Origin: Candidatus Iainarchaeum sp.
GTDB taxonomy: Archaea > Iainarchaeota > Iainarchaeia > Iainarchaeales > SKW153
Assembly: GCA_026414365.1 (NCBI GenBank)
Contig: JAOAJD010000001.1
Location: 314,144 to 378,143, forward strand
Direction: 5' to 3'
Length of the DNA: 64,000 bases
Both the position numbers and the translations under genes were made by a program. The notes beneath the pieces were generated by a model. That model ran no database searches, had not been told where the DNA came from, and saw only the letters and a program-made list of their open reading frames with translations. Numbering within the stretch: the first letter of the stretch is position 1; the number at the start of each line of letters is the position of its first letter. Of the stretch, positions 27,519-38,163 are shown in pieces.

Positions 27519-28808
27519 TTAAAGTTCTATTTCTATCTTAATTAATTCCTCGATTTTTTCTTTAAGCAATTTCTTATCATAATCTAAAGTCAATCTATCT
27601 TTTGAAATGCTTTCTTCTTTTATTTTAATCTCTTTTTTTAATTCTTCATACTCTTTTAGCTTGTTTTTTAAGCATTCTTCCTTTTCTTCGATTTCTAATA
27701 AAATTTTGTTGTTTTCTAATGATTTACTAATTAAATTTTTTTTCTTCTCAATTTCATTCAATCTCCAAAAAATATTGTTAAAATAATCGTATTCTATAAG
27801 GGTCTGTAGGGCCTTCAATCTTTTTTCTCTTTCCTCTTTTTTTAAATTTATTTTATCTTCTTCTACTGCCTTTTTAATTTCTTCTAAAATAGTTTTAAAC
27901 TTTTGTGCTTTTGGGTCTCTCTTCGAAGCAAGTTCTATATCTTCTAAATAATCCTTTAACAATTCTATTTCTTCTTTATTTATTATATAAAGTCCTTTTT
28001 CAGCCATAACTATAAAACGCTTTATTGCTTTTTCTGAATTAGTCAGGAGAGAATAAAAATTTCTGCTTATTTCGTTTTTTTCCTCATACAACTTTTCTAG
28101 CTCTTTTTTGATCTCAATAATTTTTTTATAATTATCAGATTCTTTTAATTTGTCAATTCCCACTTTTAAATTATTGATTTCTTCTTCTAGCTTTTTTTCC
28201 TTGTTTTCTAGCTCATCCAACTCTAAGACTTTTTTTTCAAGTCTTTCATTTTTTTCATAATATTCTTTTATCATAGTCTCAACAGCTTTTATATTTTTGT
28301 ATTCTTGTTCACTACATATATTATATATTTCTTGGCAAGCTTCGATTATTTCTTGTAATGTATTGCCGACAAGTTTAACCTCTTCTTTCAACAATACACT
28401 TGTGTACGAGATATTTTTTCTATAGAAAATAACTTCTCTTTGGATAGTCTCTATACAAAACATTGAGTAGCTTTGAATATCTTCAACACTATTAAAAATT
28501 TTTGGCTTTATTTTCTCCAACAATGCTTTTATTTGCTTTGTCATGTTTTTCTGTGAGCTAGATATAATTTTCCTAAAGTATTTGTTTTCTCCTTCTTCTA
28601 ACAAGTTTCTTTTTTCTATTTCTTCTAATTCTCTCTCTACAGTTCCTATCAGATGTTTTATTTCTGAAATTTTAAAGTAGGCCTTTTCTGTTAATTCTTT
28701 CTCAACTTCTTTTTTTCTTTCATAAACTATTTTCTCAGCTTCTATCAAGTTTAATTTTCTTATTTTTTCATTTTTTCGCCCAAACAGCATCTCAATAAAA
28801 TTCATCAA
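27519..28808 (-). CDS. Coiled-coil hypothetical protein
   Basis: E/K-rich heptads along the length; N-terminal MNFIEMLFGRK. Confidence 0.7.
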   Translation of the reverse strand: MMNFIEMLFGRKNEKIRKLNLIEAEKIVYERKKEVEKELTEKAYFKISEIKHLIGTVERELEEIEKRNLLEEGENKYFRKIISSSQKNMTKQIKALLEKIKPKIFNSVEDIQSYSMFCIETIQREVIFYRKNISYTSVLLKEEVKLVGNTLQEIIEACQEIYNICSEQEYKNIKAVETMIKEYYEKNERLEKKVLELDELENKEKKLEEEINNLKVGIDKLKESDNYKKIIEIKKELEKLYEEKNEISRNFYSLLTNSEKAIKRFIVMAEKGLYIINKEEIELLKDYLEDIELASKRDPKAQKFKTILEEIKKAVEEDKINLKKEEREKRLKALQTLIEYDYFNNIFWRLNEIEKKKNLISKSLENNKILLEIEEKEECLKNKLKEYEELKKEIKIKEESISKDRLTLDYDKKLLKEKIEELIKIEIEL

Positions 28809-28900
28809 TAAAAACTTGTCTGGAAAAGAATATTAATTTATTTTAGTATTTATAATCTGAAAAGAGATCTTATATAAAATACATTCTTTCTTATCTATTT

Positions 28901-30283
28901 ATGACGAAAGATTTTTTTGCGGCGCTAAAAGAGGCAAGAGATTTTTTGTTAGAACAGGAAAAAGTTAATATAATTTCTCACTATGATGCAGATGGTTTGT
29001 GCGCTGCAGCGATATTAGCAAAAACATGTAAGAGAAGTAACATTGATTTTAATGTGAAGATAATTAAACAGCTTTACAAAGAGAGCATCGAAGAAATAAA
29101 AAAAATGGAAGGCTCTTTTGTTTTTGCAGATCTTGGTTCTGGACAGATAGATTTAATAAGAAATAATTTTTCTAATTTTTTAATTTTAGATCATCATCAA
29201 ACAGTTTCAAAATTAGAAACTTCACATATTAACCCTTATTTTTTTTCTATTGATGGAAATATTGATATTTCTGGATCTGGTTTAAGTTACCTTTTAGCAA
29301 AAGAAATAAGTATAAGAAACAAAGATTTGTCCTCTTTAGCTATTGTTGGCTCAGTAGGAGATATGCAAGATTTTAGTGGTAGATTACAAGGATTAAACAG
29401 GTTAATTTTGAGTGATGCTGTAGATAGTAAGCTTATAGAAGCCACAAATGATTTGCGTTTATATGGTAGAGTTTCAAGACCCTTGGTGCAATTTCTAGAA
29501 TATTCAACAAACCCCATCTTACCTGGTTTAACAGCCAATGAAAAAGCATGTATTCGTTTTTTAAATAAACTAGGCATTGAACTTAAAAATAATGGCAGAT
29601 GGCGTTCCTATAGCGATTTAACAATAGAAGAAAAAAAGACTTTTGTTTCTTCTTTGATAGTTTACCTAACTGAAAAAAATTTTCCTGAGTTTAGAATAAA
29701 AGAACTTTTTGGTGAAGTTTATACATTACTTAATGAGAGTAGTAACTCACCTTTAAGAGATGCTAAAGAATTTGCTACTTTATGTAATTCTTGTGGCAGA
29801 CATTCTAAAGCCGATTTAGCATTAGCTGTTTGCATGGGCGATAGAGAGGAATCTTATTCGAAAGCAATAAGTCTTTTGACACAACATAGAAAAGAATTAA
29901 GAGAGGGGTTAAAATTCATAAAAGATAAAGGTTTAGTAGAATATGAAAAATTTTATTTTATTGACGCAGAAAATTCTGTGAGAGATTCATTGATAGGTAT
30001 TATTGTTGGCATGCTTTATAGTTCTTCTTTACTTCCTGAAAATAAGCCAATAATAGCTATGGCTTATTATGAAGATGGTTCTGTTAAAGTTTCTGCAAGG
30101 GCTACAAAGTATTTAATAGACAAAGGATTAAATTTAGGTAGAATATTAAAAGAGATTTGTTCTGAGATTTCAGATGCTACAGATGGAGGCGGGCATAAAA
30201 TAGCCGCGGGTTGCAAGATAAAAAAAGAGAATAAGGAGCTTTTTATTAAGCTCCTTAACGAAAAACTATCAAAGTTTTTTTAA
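28901..30283 (+). CDS. DHH-family RecJ/GAN-like nuclease
   Basis: SHYDADG, ADLGSG, LDHH, GDMQ, DHHA1 KVSAR..GGGHKIAAG. Confidence 0.88.
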   Translation: MTKDFFAALKEARDFLLEQEKVNIISHYDADGLCAAAILAKTCKRSNIDFNVKIIKQLYKESIEEIKKMEGSFVFADLGSGQIDLIRNNFSNFLILDHHQTVSKLETSHINPYFFSIDGNIDISGSGLSYLLAKEISIRNKDLSSLAIVGSVGDMQDFSGRLQGLNRLILSDAVDSKLIEATNDLRLYGRVSRPLVQFLEYSTNPILPGLTANEKACIRFLNKLGIELKNNGRWRSYSDLTIEEKKTFVSSLIVYLTEKNFPEFRIKELFGEVYTLLNESSNSPLRDAKEFATLCNSCGRHSKADLALAVCMGDREESYSKAISLLTQHRKELREGLKFIKDKGLVEYEKFYFIDAENSVRDSLIGIIVGMLYSSSLLPENKPIIAMAYYEDGSVKVSARATKYLIDKGLNLGRILKEICSEISDATDGGGHKIAAGCKIKKENKELFIKLLNEKLSKFF

Positions 30284-32958
30284 TTTCTCTTACTTTTTTT
30301 GCTTTTCTTCTTGTCTTGGCTATCTTTTATAGCAGCTTGTGCAGCAGCTAATCTTGCTATAGGCACTCTATAAGGAGAACAACTCACATAATTCAAACCA
30401 ACTTTGTGGCAGAATTCAACTGTTTTTGGTTCTCCGCCTTGTTCTCCGCATATCCCTATCTTTAAGTCTTTTCTTGTTTTTCTTCCTCTTTCTACTGACA
30501 TTTTTATAAGTTCTCCAACACCTTCTTGGTCAACAACTTCGAAAGGATCTTCTAGCAGTATTTTCTTGTCTAAATAATACTTTATGAATTTCCCGGCGTC
30601 ATCTCTTGAATATCCAAAAGTAGTTTGGGTTAAGTCATTAGTACCAAATGAGAAGAATTCTCCATACTCTGCAATTTTATCTGCAGTTATACAGGCTCTT
30701 GGAAGCTCCATCATTACACCGACTTTATATTTAACTTGTACTCCTTCTTTTTCCATAACCTCTTTAGCTTTTTTATCTATTATTTCTTTCATTACCTTCA
30801 TTTCATTTACATGTCCTAATACAGGTATCATTATCTCCGGCCTCGCATCTATTTTTCTCTTCTTACAATCAATCGCAGCTTCTATTATTGCTTGAACTTG
30901 CATTTCTGCTATTTCTGGATAAACAATTAACAACCTACAACCTCTAAAACCTAGCATTGGATTAAATTCCTTCAAAGATTCGTTTATTTGTTTTACTTTT
31001 TCTACGCTGTATCCCATTTCTCTAGCAAGTTCTTCTATTTCTTGATCTTCTTTTGGCAAGAATTCATGTAATGGAGGGTCTAACAATCTTATTGTAACAT
31101 CTAGTCCTTTCATTGCCTCAAATATTCCTATAAAGTCTGATTTTTGGTAGGGCAATAATTTTGCTAAAGCTTTTCTTCTACTTTCGACGTTATCTGCTAA
31201 AATCATCTCTCTCATTGCTTTTATTCTTTCACCTTCAAAGAACATATGCTCAGTTCTGCACAAACCAATTCCTTCTGCTCCAAATTCTCTTGCCACTTTA
31301 GCGTCATGCGGTGTGTCTGCGTTTGTCCTTACTCCTAACTTTCTAAATGAATCTACCCATGTCATTAACTCTTTAAATTCTCCTTTCACTTGAGGTTCTA
31401 TCAAAGGCAGCTTTCCTTTAAATATTTCACCTGTTGAACCATCTATACTTATAAATTCACCTTCTTTTATTTTTATCCCCTTTGTAGGAATTTCTATATA
31501 TCCTTTATCTTCATATACTACTATATCTTCACAGCCAGCTACACATGGTTTTCCCATACCTCTTGCAACAACAGCAGCATGACTTGTTAAACCACCTCTA
31601 GCTGTCAAAAATCCTTGAGAAACGTGCATTCCTTCTATATCATCAGGGCTTGTTTCTGTTCTTACTAAGACTAATTTCTCTTCTGGGTTCCTTTCTACTA
31701 TTTCTTTTGCTTTATTTGCGTTTAACACCACTTTTCCTACTGCAGCACCAGGTGAAGCAGCAAGGCCTTTAGCTAAGACTTCTTCTTTTTGTTTAGCTAT
31801 TGGATCTAACTGTTTATGTAAAAGTTGATTTAATTGATTTGGCTCTATTCTTAGTATAGCTTCTTCTTTTGTTATTAATCCCTCTTTAACCATATCTACA
31901 GCAATCTTTACTGCAGCTTGTGCAGTTCTCTTTCCTCTTCTTGTTTGTAACATATATAATTTTCCTTTTTCCACAGTAAATTCAAAATCTTGCATATCTT
32001 TGTAATGTTTTTCTAGTTTTGTGTATATTTTTACTAGTTCCTCATATGCTTTTGGTAAAATTTCTTTCATTTTGCTTATATGCTGTGGTGTTCTTATACC
32101 TGCTACAACATCTTCACCTTGTGCATTGACTAAAAATTCTCCATATGGTTCTTTTTCTCCTGTCGAAGGGTTTCTTGTAAATCCAACCCCTGTGCCAGAA
32201 TCATTACCCATATTTCCAAACACCATACTTTGTATATTTACTGCAGTACCTGCATCATCGCTAATCTTATTTATTCTTCTGTATGCTATTGCTCTTGGAT
32301 TATTCCAGGAATTAAAAACAGCATTTATAGCCATTCTTAATTGTTCCCAAGGGTCTTGCGGGAATTCTTTGCCTTTTTCTTTTAATACAAGTTCTTTATA
32401 TTTTGCTACAATTTTCTTCAAATCATCTATTTCCAATTCGCTGTCGTATTTCACTCCTTTTGTTTTTTTCTGTTCATCTAATATTTTTTCAAATTTATCA
32501 TGATCTATTCCTAAAACAACATCTCCAAACATTTGAATAAATCTCCTATACGAATCCCACGCAGCTCTTTCATTTTTTGTTTGTTTTGCAAAAGCTAAAA
32601 CACTTTTATCATTCATACCTAAGTTAAGTACAGTATCCATCATACCAGGCATACTTGCATAAGCACCACTTCTTACAGAGACAAATAACGGATTTTCATG
32701 ATCCCCTAATTTTTTGCCCATCTTCTTTTCTAATTCTGCCAATTTTTCTCTAACCTCCTTCTCTAAGCCTTTTGGCCATTGTTGGTTATTTTTGTAGAAT
32801 TCCATACAAGCATGAGTTGTTATTGTGAATCCAGGTGGTACAGGCAATCCTAAGGAAGTCATTTCTGCTAATTGTGCACCTTTGTTTCCTAAAACATATG
32901 CTGCCTCTTTACCCTTTAATTTCAATTCACCAAAAGCAAATACATATTTGTTAGCCAT
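30280..32958 (-). CDS. ppdK: Pyruvate, phosphate dikinase
   Basis: VSVRSGA..SMPGMMDTVLN, GGLTSHAAVVARG, GLCRTEHMFF, SFGTNDLTQ, SCSPYRVP. Confidence 0.97.
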   Translation of the reverse strand: MANKYVFAFGELKLKGKEAAYVLGNKGAQLAEMTSLGLPVPPGFTITTHACMEFYKNNQQWPKGLEKEVREKLAELEKKMGKKLGDHENPLFVSVRSGAYASMPGMMDTVLNLGMNDKSVLAFAKQTKNERAAWDSYRRFIQMFGDVVLGIDHDKFEKILDEQKKTKGVKYDSELEIDDLKKIVAKYKELVLKEKGKEFPQDPWEQLRMAINAVFNSWNNPRAIAYRRINKISDDAGTAVNIQSMVFGNMGNDSGTGVGFTRNPSTGEKEPYGEFLVNAQGEDVVAGIRTPQHISKMKEILPKAYEELVKIYTKLEKHYKDMQDFEFTVEKGKLYMLQTRRGKRTAQAAVKIAVDMVKEGLITKEEAILRIEPNQLNQLLHKQLDPIAKQKEEVLAKGLAASPGAAVGKVVLNANKAKEIVERNPEEKLVLVRTETSPDDIEGMHVSQGFLTARGGLTSHAAVVARGMGKPCVAGCEDIVVYEDKGYIEIPTKGIKIKEGEFISIDGSTGEIFKGKLPLIEPQVKGEFKELMTWVDSFRKLGVRTNADTPHDAKVAREFGAEGIGLCRTEHMFFEGERIKAMREMILADNVESRRKALAKLLPYQKSDFIGIFEAMKGLDVTIRLLDPPLHEFLPKEDQEIEELAREMGYSVEKVKQINESLKEFNPMLGFRGCRLLIVYPEIAEMQVQAIIEAAIDCKKRKIDARPEIMIPVLGHVNEMKVMKEIIDKKAKEVMEKEGVQVKYKVGVMMELPRACITADKIAEYGEFFSFGTNDLTQTTFGYSRDDAGKFIKYYLDKKILLEDPFEVVDQEGVGELIKMSVERGRKTRKDLKIGICGEQGGEPKTVEFCHKVGLNYVSCSPYRVPIARLAAAQAAIKDSQDKKKSKKSKRN

Positions 32959-33121
32959 ATTTAACCCTCCAAATTAGAAGACAAGTGTTTTTTTAGTATT
33001 TATAACAATTTTAGATTAATAAAAAGTTTAAAAAACAGATATATTTAGAGATGGGAGTTCTTTTATTATCTTTTTGATAATTTTAAAAATGCTTTTTAAC
33101 TTTTTTTAATAGTGATTATCT

Positions 33122-34048
33122 TTGGTTAGAATAGCTATTGTTGGGTCAGGTCCAGCAGGTTTGACGGCAGCTAACTTTTTAGTTGACAAAGGTTTTTCAG
33201 TAACCGTCTTTGATGAGTTGACAGAATTTGGAGGTATGATGGCTTACGGAATTCCAGAATATAGGATTCCTTTGTCTTCTGTGAGATCTAGAGTTGAAGA
33301 AATTAAGCGTAAAGGAGTTGTTTTTATAAGAAAAAGAATAACCTCAGTTAGAGATTTATTACAAAATTATGATTATGTTATTCTGGCAATAGGAGCAGGC
33401 AGAGGAGCAAAGAGTGGTATACAGGGTGAAGAAAAAGAAAATATTATAGATGCCCTAGATTTTTTGTTGAATGAAAAGCTAGGTATTAAAAAAATGATTT
33501 TTCCTAATGACAAAGTTGCTGTAATTGGTGGCGGTAATTCAGCAATAGACGCAGCCAGAGTTGCTAAAAGAATAGGAGCAGACGTTACTATAATATACAG
33601 AAGAACAGAAGAAGAGATGCCTGCTTTTAAGCACGAAATTGAAGAAGCAAAAAGAGAAGGCGTTAAATTTGAATTTTTAAAATGTCCTTTGGAATACAAA
33701 GGCTTAGAAAAAGTGTCTTCTATAATTTGTTCTGAAATGAAATTACTAAACGAAGAAGAAAAGGGAAGAAAGAAGGTGATAGCTACTGACAAAAAAATAG
33801 AATTATTCTTTGATAAGGTTATTTTAGCAATAGGCCAAAAATTAGATGTAGAATGGTTAGAGAAAGAAGGCATTAAAACAAATAATGGTAGAATATTAGT
33901 AGATCAGAACTATAAGACATCTTTAGATAGGGTTTATGCAATCGGTGATTGTGTTACAGGACCTAAAACAATTGCTGAAGCAACAAGGACAGCAATTGAA
34001 GCTGTAAAAGTTATTCTAGAGAAGTGTGGTAAGAATGGGATTTTTTAG
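33122..34048 (+). CDS. FAD-dependent NAD(P)H oxidoreductase, GltD/SudA-like, lacking the N-terminal Fe-S domain
   Basis: VGSGPAGL, YGIPEYR, VIGGGNSAIDAAR, YRR..MPA, AIGD. Confidence 0.85.
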   Translation: MVRIAIVGSGPAGLTAANFLVDKGFSVTVFDELTEFGGMMAYGIPEYRIPLSSVRSRVEEIKRKGVVFIRKRITSVRDLLQNYDYVILAIGAGRGAKSGIQGEEKENIIDALDFLLNEKLGIKKMIFPNDKVAVIGGGNSAIDAARVAKRIGADVTIIYRRTEEEMPAFKHEIEEAKREGVKFEFLKCPLEYKGLEKVSSIICSEMKLLNEEEKGRKKVIATDKKIELFFDKVILAIGQKLDVEWLEKEGIKTNNGRILVDQNYKTSLDRVYAIGDCVTGPKTIAEATRTAIEAVKVILEKCGKNGIF

Positions 34049-34454
34049 AAGAATTTTAAAAAGAATTTTAGGAAGAGAAACACTCTTCGAGAAAAAAGTT
34101 TCTAAAGTTGATTTAGCATTTGAAAATTTCAAAGAATATCGTAAGAAAGGTTGTGATTTTTTAACAGCATATAAAAAAGCTTCTAAGGATTTGAATGCCT
34201 CCTATAAAAAAGATCTTTTATTGTTGGTTAGGGAACACGTAGTTAAAGAAGCTTTTGAGAAATTCAAACAATACCACAACGAAGGGAAACCTATTTTGGT
34301 TGCATATAGAAGAGCATCAAAGAATCTAGGGAGGTATTATAAAGATCGGCTTTTGCTTCGTGTGAGGGAAGTAGCGCTTGAAAAAAAAGATAAAAAGGCT
34401 TTAGATTTTATAAATAAAGAATTAGAACGTTATTTTTTCCAAGGGAATTATTAG
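34035..34454 (+). CDS. Hypothetical basic protein with two tandem ~45-aa helical repeats
   Basis: AFENFKEYRKKG..AYKKASKDL versus AFEKFKQYHNEG..AYRRASKNL. Confidence 0.7.
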   Translation: MGFFRRILKRILGRETLFEKKVSKVDLAFENFKEYRKKGCDFLTAYKKASKDLNASYKKDLLLLVREHVVKEAFEKFKQYHNEGKPILVAYRRASKNLGRYYKDRLLLRVREVALEKKDKKALDFINKELERYFFQGNY

Positions 34455-34516
34455 CAAAAAAATTTCAAATTTGCTTTTTGATAAAGTTTAAATAAAGTTA
34501 TATTTATATTTAATCT

Positions 34517-34750
34517 ATGGCTAACGAAGATTTTAGATATAAACTTAGGCTCAGAAAGGATGTGAAAAAAGAAAGTACTAAAAAATTAACAATGAAAATA
34601 ACAATAAGTTCAGCACTAGAAAAGTTAGATAAATTATTAGAAGATGGGTATGGCTTTCCCAGGGCTGTTAGATTGGCAGCAGATGATTTGCCAGAGCATT
34701 TAAGAGAAGAATTCTACAAAGCAGCAGAGAAAAGAAGGTTTCGTAGCTAA
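34517..34750 (+). CDS. Small hypothetical protein carrying one copy of the same helical repeat
   Basis: ALEKLDKLLEDGYGFPRAVRLAADDL aligns without gaps to the upstream repeats. Confidence 0.65.
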   Translation: MANEDFRYKLRLRKDVKKESTKKLTMKITISSALEKLDKLLEDGYGFPRAVRLAADDLPEHLREEFYKAAEKRRFRS

Positions 34751-34835
34751 TTTCATAATATATTTAGTAGACATCTATTTACGAAAAACGCAAAAAAATT
34801 TGTTTTTTAACTATTTCTGATAATTAACTTAATTC

Positions 34836-36212
34836 ATGAAAAATTGTGTTGTTTTAAAGATAGGTGGCGGAATCCTGAAAGATGCTGATTGTTTTTATAG
34901 GGTTGTTGATATTATAAAAAAGAAAAGAGAAAACAAGGAGGAATGTATAGTAGTAATTTCTGCCCTCTATGGTGTTACTGATTTTTTAATAGAAAGCATA
35001 CAGAAAGCTATTATAAGCGAAGAACAAATGTTAGATTCTATAAAGAAGATTAAGGATATGCATAAACAATATTTATCCTACATAAAAAACCAAAGAATTA
35101 GAGATAAAGCAGAGTTCGCGTTGGATGATAAGATTGCAACTTTGGAGAAAATATTTTATGGGATAAATTATCTAAAAGAAGTTAGCCCAAGAAGCAAAGA
35201 TTTAATCCAGAGTTTTGGTGAAAGAATAAGTCCAATAGTCTTAGAGGCTTTTTTATTAGATAATAATATTGATGCTGAATTTATAGATGCAGAGAAAGCA
35301 GGTATTTATTGTAAAGGTAATTTTGAAAATGCTTTAGTGGATATGGAAAAAACAGCAGATAGTTTAAACAAAACGGTTTTGCCATTGCTTAATAAAAAAG
35401 TTGTTTTGCTTCCTGGTTATTATGGAATTGATGAATTAGGAGATGTAAAGACATTTGGGAGAGGAGGTACAGATTACAGTGCGGGGTTTATAGCAGCAAT
35501 ATTTAATGCAAAGCTTGAGATATGGAAAGACGTGTCTGGTTTTATGAGCGCAGATCCTAAGGTTGTAAAAGAAGCAAAGCAAATAGATGTTTTAAGTTAT
35601 GATGAAGCTGAGGAGTTAGGTTATTTAGGTGCAAAAATATTACATCCTAAAACAATAGAACCATTAAGAGAAAAAGGCTTATCCGCAGAGATAAAGAATA
35701 TTTTTGATCCTGGCAAAAAAGGAACTATAATTAGCTCAAGAGAACTAAAAACAAAGCAAATAGTGAAATCAATTGCCACTAAAAAAGATATTGCAATAGT
35801 TAACATTTCGAGTAGTGCTATGGCTAATAGTCCAGGATTTGCTGCAGCTGTCTTTGCAAAACTTTCTGAAAATAACATCTCTGTGGATTTAATATCTACT
35901 AGTGAAACTGCAATATCTTTTAGTATTTCTCCAAAGAATCTACAAAAGGCTATAGAATGTTTAGAGCAATTAAAAGAACCACTACAATGTAAAATTTCTT
36001 TCAAAGATGGTCTTTCTTTGATTGGTGTTGTAGGGGAAGGTATGATTGAAACACCAGGTATTGCAGGCAGAATATTTTCTGCTCTAGGAAAAGAAAAAAT
36101 AAATGTTGAGTTAATCTCTCAAGGAGCTTCTGAAATTAATATCAGCTTCGTTGTAAAAAATAAAGATCTAGAAAAAGCAGTATGTATTATACATAAAGAG
36201 TTTATAAGTTAG
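34836..36212 (+). CDS. lysC: Aspartate kinase
   Basis: VLKIGG, SFGERIS, FGRGGTDYSA, KDVSGFMSADP, two ACT domains. Confidence 0.93.
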   Translation: MKNCVVLKIGGGILKDADCFYRVVDIIKKKRENKEECIVVISALYGVTDFLIESIQKAIISEEQMLDSIKKIKDMHKQYLSYIKNQRIRDKAEFALDDKIATLEKIFYGINYLKEVSPRSKDLIQSFGERISPIVLEAFLLDNNIDAEFIDAEKAGIYCKGNFENALVDMEKTADSLNKTVLPLLNKKVVLLPGYYGIDELGDVKTFGRGGTDYSAGFIAAIFNAKLEIWKDVSGFMSADPKVVKEAKQIDVLSYDEAEELGYLGAKILHPKTIEPLREKGLSAEIKNIFDPGKKGTIISSRELKTKQIVKSIATKKDIAIVNISSSAMANSPGFAAAVFAKLSENNISVDLISTSETAISFSISPKNLQKAIECLEQLKEPLQCKISFKDGLSLIGVVGEGMIETPGIAGRIFSALGKEKINVELISQGASEINISFVVKNKDLEKAVCIIHKEFIS

Positions 36213-36240
36213 TTGTTTTTTGGGTTCTGAGGTGATTTGT

Positions 36241-37323
36241 TTGGCAAAAATAAAAGTTGGTGTGCTTGGTGCAACAGGAGCAGTAGGTCAACAATACATA
36301 TCTCTACTTGAAAACCACCCATGGTTTGAAGTTAGTTATGTTGCCGCATCACCTTCTTCTGCCGGCAAAAAATACAAAGATGCGGTTAAAGGGAGATGGT
36401 TAATTAATAAAGATATTCCTAAGAATGTTGCAGATTTGGTTGTTGAAGATGCAAATGTTGTAGAGAAGGCACTAGGGCAGTGTAATTTTGTTTTCTCTGC
36501 TTTAGAAATGGATAAACAGGCAATAATGTCACTAGAAGAAAAATATGCTTCGTTAGATATTCCTGTAGTATCTAATGCTTCTGCTCACAGGCATACTGAA
36601 GATGTACCAATGTTAATCCCAGAGATAAATCCAAACCATATTGATATAATACCTATACAAAGAAAAAGAAGAGGCTGGAAAAAAGGTTTTATTGTTGTTA
36701 AGCCGAATTGTTCTCTGCAAAGCTATTTAACTCCGATATATGCTCTAATAAAAAATGGTTATGATATTTCAGAAGTTATACTTACTACTATGCAAGCAGT
36801 CTCTGGAGCAGGTTATCCAGGTGTTGCTTCGTTAGATATAATTGATAATATAATACCTTTTATTAGTGGTGAGGAAGAGAAATCAGAAATAGAACCTCTC
36901 AAAATATTAGGAGAAATAAAAGATAACAAATTTGTTTATTATGATAAAATAAAAATTTCTGCGCATTGTAACAGAGTTCCTGTTATTGATGGCCATATGG
37001 CATGTGTTAGCATAAAATTCAGATCAAAAAAACCTGCTAAAGAAGAGATATTAAATATTTGGCAAAATTTTAAATCAGAACCTCAAAAACTAAATTTACC
37101 TTTTGCACCAGAAAAACCTATAATTTATATTAATGAAGATAATAGACCACAACCTAGGAAAGATAGAATGTTGGACAAAGGAATGGCTGTTGCAGTTGGT
37201 AGACTGAGAGAATGTAAAGTTTTTGATTATAGATTTGTTGGTTTAAGTCATAATACTATACGAGGAGCAGCAGGCGGAGGAATTTTAAACGCAGAGCTTC
37301 TAAAAGCAAAAGGATATCTGTAA
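36241..37323 (+). CDS. asd: Aspartate-semialdehyde dehydrogenase
   Basis: VLGATGAVGQ, KPNCS, QAVSGAG, CNRVPVIDGH, HNTIRGAAGG; TTG start after GAGGTGA. Confidence 0.94.
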   Translation: MAKIKVGVLGATGAVGQQYISLLENHPWFEVSYVAASPSSAGKKYKDAVKGRWLINKDIPKNVADLVVEDANVVEKALGQCNFVFSALEMDKQAIMSLEEKYASLDIPVVSNASAHRHTEDVPMLIPEINPNHIDIIPIQRKRRGWKKGFIVVKPNCSLQSYLTPIYALIKNGYDISEVILTTMQAVSGAGYPGVASLDIIDNIIPFISGEEEKSEIEPLKILGEIKDNKFVYYDKIKISAHCNRVPVIDGHMACVSIKFRSKKPAKEEILNIWQNFKSEPQKLNLPFAPEKPIIYINEDNRPQPRKDRMLDKGMAVAVGRLRECKVFDYRFVGLSHNTIRGAAGGGILNAELLKAKGYL

Positions 37324-37326
37324 ATT

Positions 37327-38163
37327 TTAAGATTCTTCGCATATAAAACTTCTTATTTTTGCCAATTTATTAAATGCTCTTTTTGTTCTAACAATTCTCA
37401 CAGATTCTGCTTTTTTTACCTCTATCTTCTCTTCAGCTCCATATCTTTCCTGTCCGTCAACAATAACTTCTAAAGACCCAACTTTAAAATTATCTATTCT
37501 AACAACGTTTTTATCACTAATAACTATTGGCCGATCACTCCAATCTAGTGGATTTATGGGAGTTATTATAAAAACTTCTGCTTCGGCAACAACTATAGGA
37601 CCACCAGCGCTTAAACTATGCCCTGTACTACCAGTAGGTGTTGCAATTATTACACCGTCGCTTCCTTCTTTTTTGTTGTACCAATCATCTATATGTAACT
37701 CGTATCTTATTAATCTCCCTGATAATTTTGGCACAACTGCAACTTCATTTAATGCAGGAGAAATTTTTTTTCCATCTACTTCTGCTCTAAGCCTTGTTCT
37801 TTTTTGTGTGTGATAATTTCCATTTAATATCAAGTCTAATTCTTTTTCTATTTCATCTCCTTTTATTTCTAATAAAAAACCCAATCTGCCACAATTAACC
37901 CCTGCAATCGGAATATCTTTTTTCAACCCTCTTGCTGTTTTTAGTAATGTTCCATCACCACCAAAGGAAAAAACCATATCAATATTTTTTTTAATTCCAA
38001 AGTCTGCCAAGGGCAAAATATTTTTATAAATAGGGAAATCATCATCACAATAAACTTCAATATTATTTTTTAGAAAAATATCTATGGCCTTTTTTGCAAT
38101 TTCGATAGCTTGTTCATTGTTATTTCTTCCAGTAATTCCAACACTTTTTATTTTTTCACCCAT
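37327..38163 (-). CDS. nadK: NAD kinase
   Basis: FGGDGTLL, GRLGFL, ALNE, DGVIIATPTGSTGHSLSAGGP. Confidence 0.93.
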   Translation of the reverse strand: MGEKIKSVGITGRNNNEQAIEIAKKAIDIFLKNNIEVYCDDDFPIYKNILPLADFGIKKNIDMVFSFGGDGTLLKTARGLKKDIPIAGVNCGRLGFLLEIKGDEIEKELDLILNGNYHTQKRTRLRAEVDGKKISPALNEVAVVPKLSGRLIRYELHIDDWYNKKEGSDGVIIATPTGSTGHSLSAGGPIVVAEAEVFIITPINPLDWSDRPIVISDKNVVRIDNFKVGSLEVIVDGQERYGAEEKIEVKKAESVRIVRTKRAFNKLAKIRSFICEES

